Shown piece after piece: positions 59,430-64,000 of a DNA stretch of 64,000 nt. The notes under the pieces were generated by a model that saw nothing but the letters and a program-made list of their open reading frames with translations, was not told the DNA's origin and searched no databases. The stretch is taken from contig NW_026781955.1 of NCBI RefSeq assembly GCF_031769215.1, positions 248,001 to 312,000 of the forward strand, given 5' to 3'. The position numbers and the translations under genes were made by a program. The stretch's first letter is position 1, and each line of letters starts with the position of its first letter. The stretch comes from Ylistrum balloti. Lineage: Eukaryota.

Positions 59430-60737
59430 TTAATACAATGATGCAGTGTTCAAAGAAATACCGCAAAAAAATATGATAGTCATAAAAAAAGCTGCAACAA
59501 AGAAGAAACAGAAAAAGAAACCATCTAGAGCAGCACAAGCGTTGGCCCATGTATACATATCGTTTTTCTCTTCCTCTTCATCCTCACTTCGCTCATCTAA
59601 GGGTAGTTTTGATGATTCTTTCTTCGATGCTGGAAGGTGTTGGGAGTTGTGGACGTCAATGTTTGATTCCTGATTGTTTACGTTATCCGTTTGTGGTTTT
59701 ACACGTGTCGTAAAACATGCACGTATCCACCTACTAAACCTGATAAAATGTCTCAAGCACCTGGGAAGGTCCTTGTCATTTCGACGATGATGCAGTCGAA
59801 CTTGAACAGCAGTTACAACAACAATGGCAGTTCCTTTGACCAGTAAACTTACGACAAAAACAGCCAAGTAGGACGTAGTGCGGGAGTTGATAGGTAAAGA
59901 CGAACGGATAATGGTAAGGAAAACGGCAAAGGCTAAATACGCGGTCATGCTGTACCCCATTTTCTCTCCACTATCGACAGGAATGACGAATGTAAAAATG
60001 TCTAGAAGAGACAGCAAGATAATAGGACAGATAAGGGTAAGCAAATAATATTCGGGCCTTCTATTTAGTGACAATAAGACAATGAAGTTGCCATTTTCTA
60101 GAACAATATTTGCGGAGTGGAGGTCCCACACACTATTTTCTTCGTAAGTGTCAAGATGCAGTGTTACCGGTTCGTTTAACTTGAATTTCACGTCTTGTGG
60201 TTGCAATGTCCATAACCGAAATATCAACTTGCAGACTTGAGTGTCAAATGGGAATTTAGTAATGTTTATATCACATTTGGTCTCGAACACTTCCATTGGA
60301 TTCCATATCACTTTTCCAGTGTTCATTACCGTCACTTGGATCACGTCGTCGCCTAGTTCCTTCAGTTTGGTGAAACCATTGTTCAATGAGACGTCTGGCT
60401 TCCATACTTCGTTCTGAGGCATGTAAATATAGGAAATGTTACTAAAATCTTTCCTGTTCCAGGTTAAAAATGCGTCTTGCCACTCTAGTGTCAGATGTGC
60501 TGTCGTTGCTAATTTCCCCTCCACGTCATCCAGACTGTTAATACCGTGTAGATGGAAAGCAACACGTACAGTGATGGCCTCTTTTAGGCTTTCATAAGGT
60601 GGGGTGACTTTCTGGTATTTGCGCTTGTTCATTAACTCATCGTATAAATTCTTGAGGTCAATTCCTGTCTGAGTAATAACTATTTGAACCAAAGAAATCA
60701 GTGTGAGTAGAGCAAGTACTATCCGCCTCGGTGCCAT
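59430..60737 (-). CDS. Divergent nAChR-like Cys-loop receptor subunit, B-type (B3), single coding exon, 435 aa
   Basis: Signal peptide, CDINITKFPFDTQVC, PVDSGEKMG and M1-M4. The C-terminus is extended by a +1 shift in a T7 run. Confidence 0.92.
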   Translation of the reverse strand: MAPRRIVLALLTLISLVQIVITQTGIDLKNLYDELMNKRKYQKVTPPYESLKEAITVRVAFHLHGINSLDDVEGKLATTAHLTLEWQDAFLTWNRKDFSNISYIYMPQNEVWKPDVSLNNGFTKLKELGDDVIQVTVMNTGKVIWNPMEVFETKCDINITKFPFDTQVCKLIFRLWTLQPQDVKFKLNEPVTLHLDTYEENSVWDLHSANIVLENGNFIVLLSLNRRPEYYLLTLICPIILLSLLDIFTFVIPVDSGEKMGYSMTAYLAFAVFLTIIRSSLPINSRTTSYLAVFVVSLLVKGTAIVVVTAVQVRLHHRRNDKDLPRCLRHFIRFSRWIRACFTTRVKPQTDNVNNQESNIDVHNSQHLPASKKESSKLPLDERSEDEEEEKNDMYTWANACAALDGFFFCFFFVAAFFMTIIFFCGISLNTASLY

Positions 60738-62809
60738 CGTGACAGTGAAGACAATGGCAGTATGAAATCGGTTCGTATTTTAAAATGGTTTGTTTTAATC
60801 TATTTTTCAAATCATTGTCTGCATCTTTTCATGTTACGTTTCTGTGTCAATATCGGTGACAGTACAATCATTGTCAGGTGGACACATGATGTCCTTTTGT
60901 ATCTTTTCTGTATAAATGACATTGATATCAAATCGCAGGCCCAAGAGACTGTCTATGATTATTTTTACTTGCTAAAATATATCTATTTGCATTCGATGAG
61001 ACAGCGCATCCAATATATAAATATCAAGACGACAACATCTATTAATGACTGCCTAGGGAGCGTCATTCCATTTCATGCACAATTTTCAAAACAAATAAAA
61101 CATTTGCTTCATCACGATTTTACGTCACAAACGGACTTTTCACAGCAGAACTGAAGTGAGGGCTTCATATCAACATGATTGCTCTCATGCTAGGACTCAA
61201 AGTCCTGACCCTCATATCAGAAGTATGTTATTTTTCATTGCTTTTCTTGCTTCTACCTCTTTTTATTTTTCTATTTTCTCTGTCAATATGAAAATTTGTG
61301 TTGATTTATCCCGAAAATATATCTTTATGAACATTGTATTGTATTCGAGAGGGCTAAACTGTTGGAGGTATACGTTGTATATATTTATTTTTTTTAATTA
61401 AACATAAATAATTATTTTTTCTTACTTATTATAAAATACGCTAGTAGTATAATAATTATTAGCTGTTTTAGAATTTAGAATCTTAGATGATAGTCGTACC
61501 GAAAAAAAGTGTCCTCTAGAAAACCATTCATTTATTATCTTAGGACAAACTCGCATTAAATCTTGTAATAACAATTAACATTAACACAAATATAACGTGA
61601 AATTCAGTTACGTATTGATGTCGCTGTGACTTCTAGGAGCAGCAGCAGTTCCAGACGATTAAAGTAGCAGAGGTGATATTTAGGTATATAGTATTTCCAA
61701 CCTGTACCGAATTATATATTACCAACAAATATGAAAATATATCTCATATTCAGGAGCCTGTTGTTTCACCGGAAGTGATTAAGATGCATATTACTCATTA
61801 CTGAGATCGTGTATTTATCAAATTCAAGATAATCAGAAATAGATTGTTTTTTGAGTACATTTTCAAAAGATTTCAATTGATGAATTAATAAATGACGTTA
61901 GAATATTCAATACAGGAGCGATCTGTCAGTGACCTGGGACCCTCTGTATTAAATATTGTTGAATTGATAATAAAACAAGAACTTATGTTATGCATCATCA
62001 CGAATTCTTTGGCAAACATTTTAATTATCACCTTTTATCCATTAAATCGAAATTCGTGTAATCAGATACCAAGGTGAATACACAAGAATACATTCCAACA
62101 ATGGGATATTAACCTGCCATTCAAGAAAATAAAGCCTCTTTCAGAGGATTAAGGTAAAATCTATGTTGAATAGAGCCCCGCCATTAACAAGTACATTCAG
62201 CTGAAATCAACACTATTGCAGCTCTTCTACCTCTGTGCTATGAAAACAACATTTTAGGAGTGTTCTGGCAAATCGGTGCTATTCATTTTAGGAATATTTT
62301 CGTTCTGATTTGGATGGAAATTGGTCAGCTCTATTATATGGAAGACAACTTAATTAATTAGCCACTATCGACCAGCTGGTAAAAACCGACCAGTACTAAA
62401 GCCATGGTGTAGCTTTTTCATATGCACCTAGCGTTGCAATAGAGGTAAGACAAGGAAACATTTGTATATATTTTTCTTTAATTCAACCATTTTGTTTATG
62501 TGTATACCTTACTGTTTGAATAATCAAACTCTGTGTTTTTGTTTCATCTCATCTCATTATTTTTTTGTTTTTAGCAATATCAGCACTTGAACTTTCGACA
62601 CGTTTGATTTAAAACACCAACAAAAAAGCAATTTATTTTGAGTAATTGTGTTCGACAATATGAATGTTTAAGAAAAATAATCATTAAGTTTTTATTAAGC
62701 TCTGTTGTGAATTCTGATTTCCTGACAAATATACTATATCGTTACTAATCGAAATATGATTGAAAGGATCACTGCCAAATATTCTGTTTCATAAGTGTAT
62801 CAATTAATA

Positions 62810-63895
62810 CTGGTTAGGATTCCTGACAGCTATAGTACACCATTATTGTATCGAGATATGATGGTAAGGATACCTGACAACTATAGTACACCATTATTGT
62901 ATCGAGATATGATGGTAAGGATTCCTGACAGCTATAGTACACCATTATTGTATCGAGATATGATGGTAAGGATACCTGACAACTATAGTACACCATTATT
63001 GTATCGAGATATGATGGTAAGGATTCCTGACAACTATAGTACACCATTATTGTATCGAGATATGATGGTAAGGATACCTGACAACTATAGTACACCATTA
63101 TTGTATCGAGATATGATGGTAAGGATTCCTGACAACTATAGTACAACATTATTGTATCGAGATATGATGGTAAGGATTCCTGACAACTATAGTACAACAT
63201 TATTGAATCGAGATATGATGGTAAGGATACCTGACAACTATAGTACAACATTATTGTATCGAGATATGATGGTAAGGATACCTGACAGCTATAATACACC
63301 ATTATCGTATCGAGATATGATGGTTAGGACTCCTGACAGCTATAATACACCATTATCGTATCGAGATATGATGGTTAGGACTCCTGACAGCTATAATACA
63401 CCATTATCGTATCGAGTTATGATGGTTAGGACTCCTGACAGCGTATCGAGTTATGATGGTTAGGACTCCTGACAGCTATAATACACCATTATCGTATCGA
63501 GATATGATGGTTAGGACTCCTGACAGCTATAATACAACATAATCGTATCGAAATATGATGGTTAGGACTCCTGACAGATATAATACATCATTACTGTATC
63601 GAGATATGATGGTAAGGATACCTCGAAGCTATAATACACAATTATCGTATCGAGATATGATGGTTAGGACTCCTGACAGCTATAATACATCATTATCGTA
63701 TCGAGATATGATGGTTAGGACTCCTGACAGCTATAATACATCATTATTGTATCGAGATATGATGGTTAGGACTCCTGACAGATATAATACACCATTATCG
63801 TATCGAGATATGATGGTTAGGACTCCTGACAGATATAATACATCATTATTGTATCAGGATATGATGGTTAGGATCCCTGACAGCTATACATCATT
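62810..63895. repeat. 51-bp satellite, about 21 copies, two variant blocks
   Basis: Unit tatgatggtaaggatacctgacaactatagtacaccattattgtatcgaga on the left, shifting to gttaggactc / taatac / tcgtat variants after about 63300. Confidence 0.97.
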
Positions 63896-64000
63896 ATGTA
63901 AACATTTTGTAGTTATATAATTTGTTAAAGTGACATATTGCTTTTAATTGTGTACATCAGGAAGGTCATTTAATATTCTAGTCGTGTAATGATTTACAAA

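Noticed and set aside
45974-59673. Plus-strand ORFs antisense to the receptor genes (40731, 41260, 45974, 46105, 52781, 53577, 59446)
   Set aside because: They are shadow ORFs of the coding strand. Their similarity just mirrors the paralogy.
40554-60737. Assigning CHRNA/CHRNB gene symbols to the receptors
   Set aside because: No vicinal cysteines and strong divergence. Orthology to named vertebrate subunits cannot be supported.
62795-63920. 222-, 162- and 121-aa repeat ORFs; the array also looks superficially CRISPR-like
   Set aside because: The unit length is a multiple of 3, which explains the ORFs. There are no unique spacers or cas genes, and the context is eukaryotic.

Overview
AT-rich eukaryotic genomic DNA, most likely from a bivalve mollusc. 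That assignment is inferred from the repeat families and the receptor family; no database was available. Left half: a complete SKIC3/TTC37 gene on the + strand (39 coding exons, about 1536 aa, 5776-35311). Its introns are packed with unrelated tandem repeats, including a triplicated exon and two arrays that appear to have grown out of 5' splice sites. Upstream of it lie a decayed Ngaro/DIRS-type tyrosine-recombinase retroelement (YR plus SGNH hydrolase) and a weak multi-exon gene candidate on the minus strand. Right half: a minus-strand tandem cluster of four intact, coding-intronless nAChR-like Cys-loop receptor genes (one A-type, three B-type) plus two A-type pseudogene stubs, arranged as three (B, A) cassettes. 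All four intact genes keep the Cys-loop and the cation-type GEK filter. All four have lost about 10 aa of loop C, including the vicinal cysteines, and most of the acetylcholine aromatic box. Their pores differ, and the M1-M3 block appears to have been exchanged between non-adjacent paralogs. This cluster is the best candidate for an undescribed system: a possible non-cholinergic, chemosensory-type pentameric channel family. All alignments and counts were made by eye.
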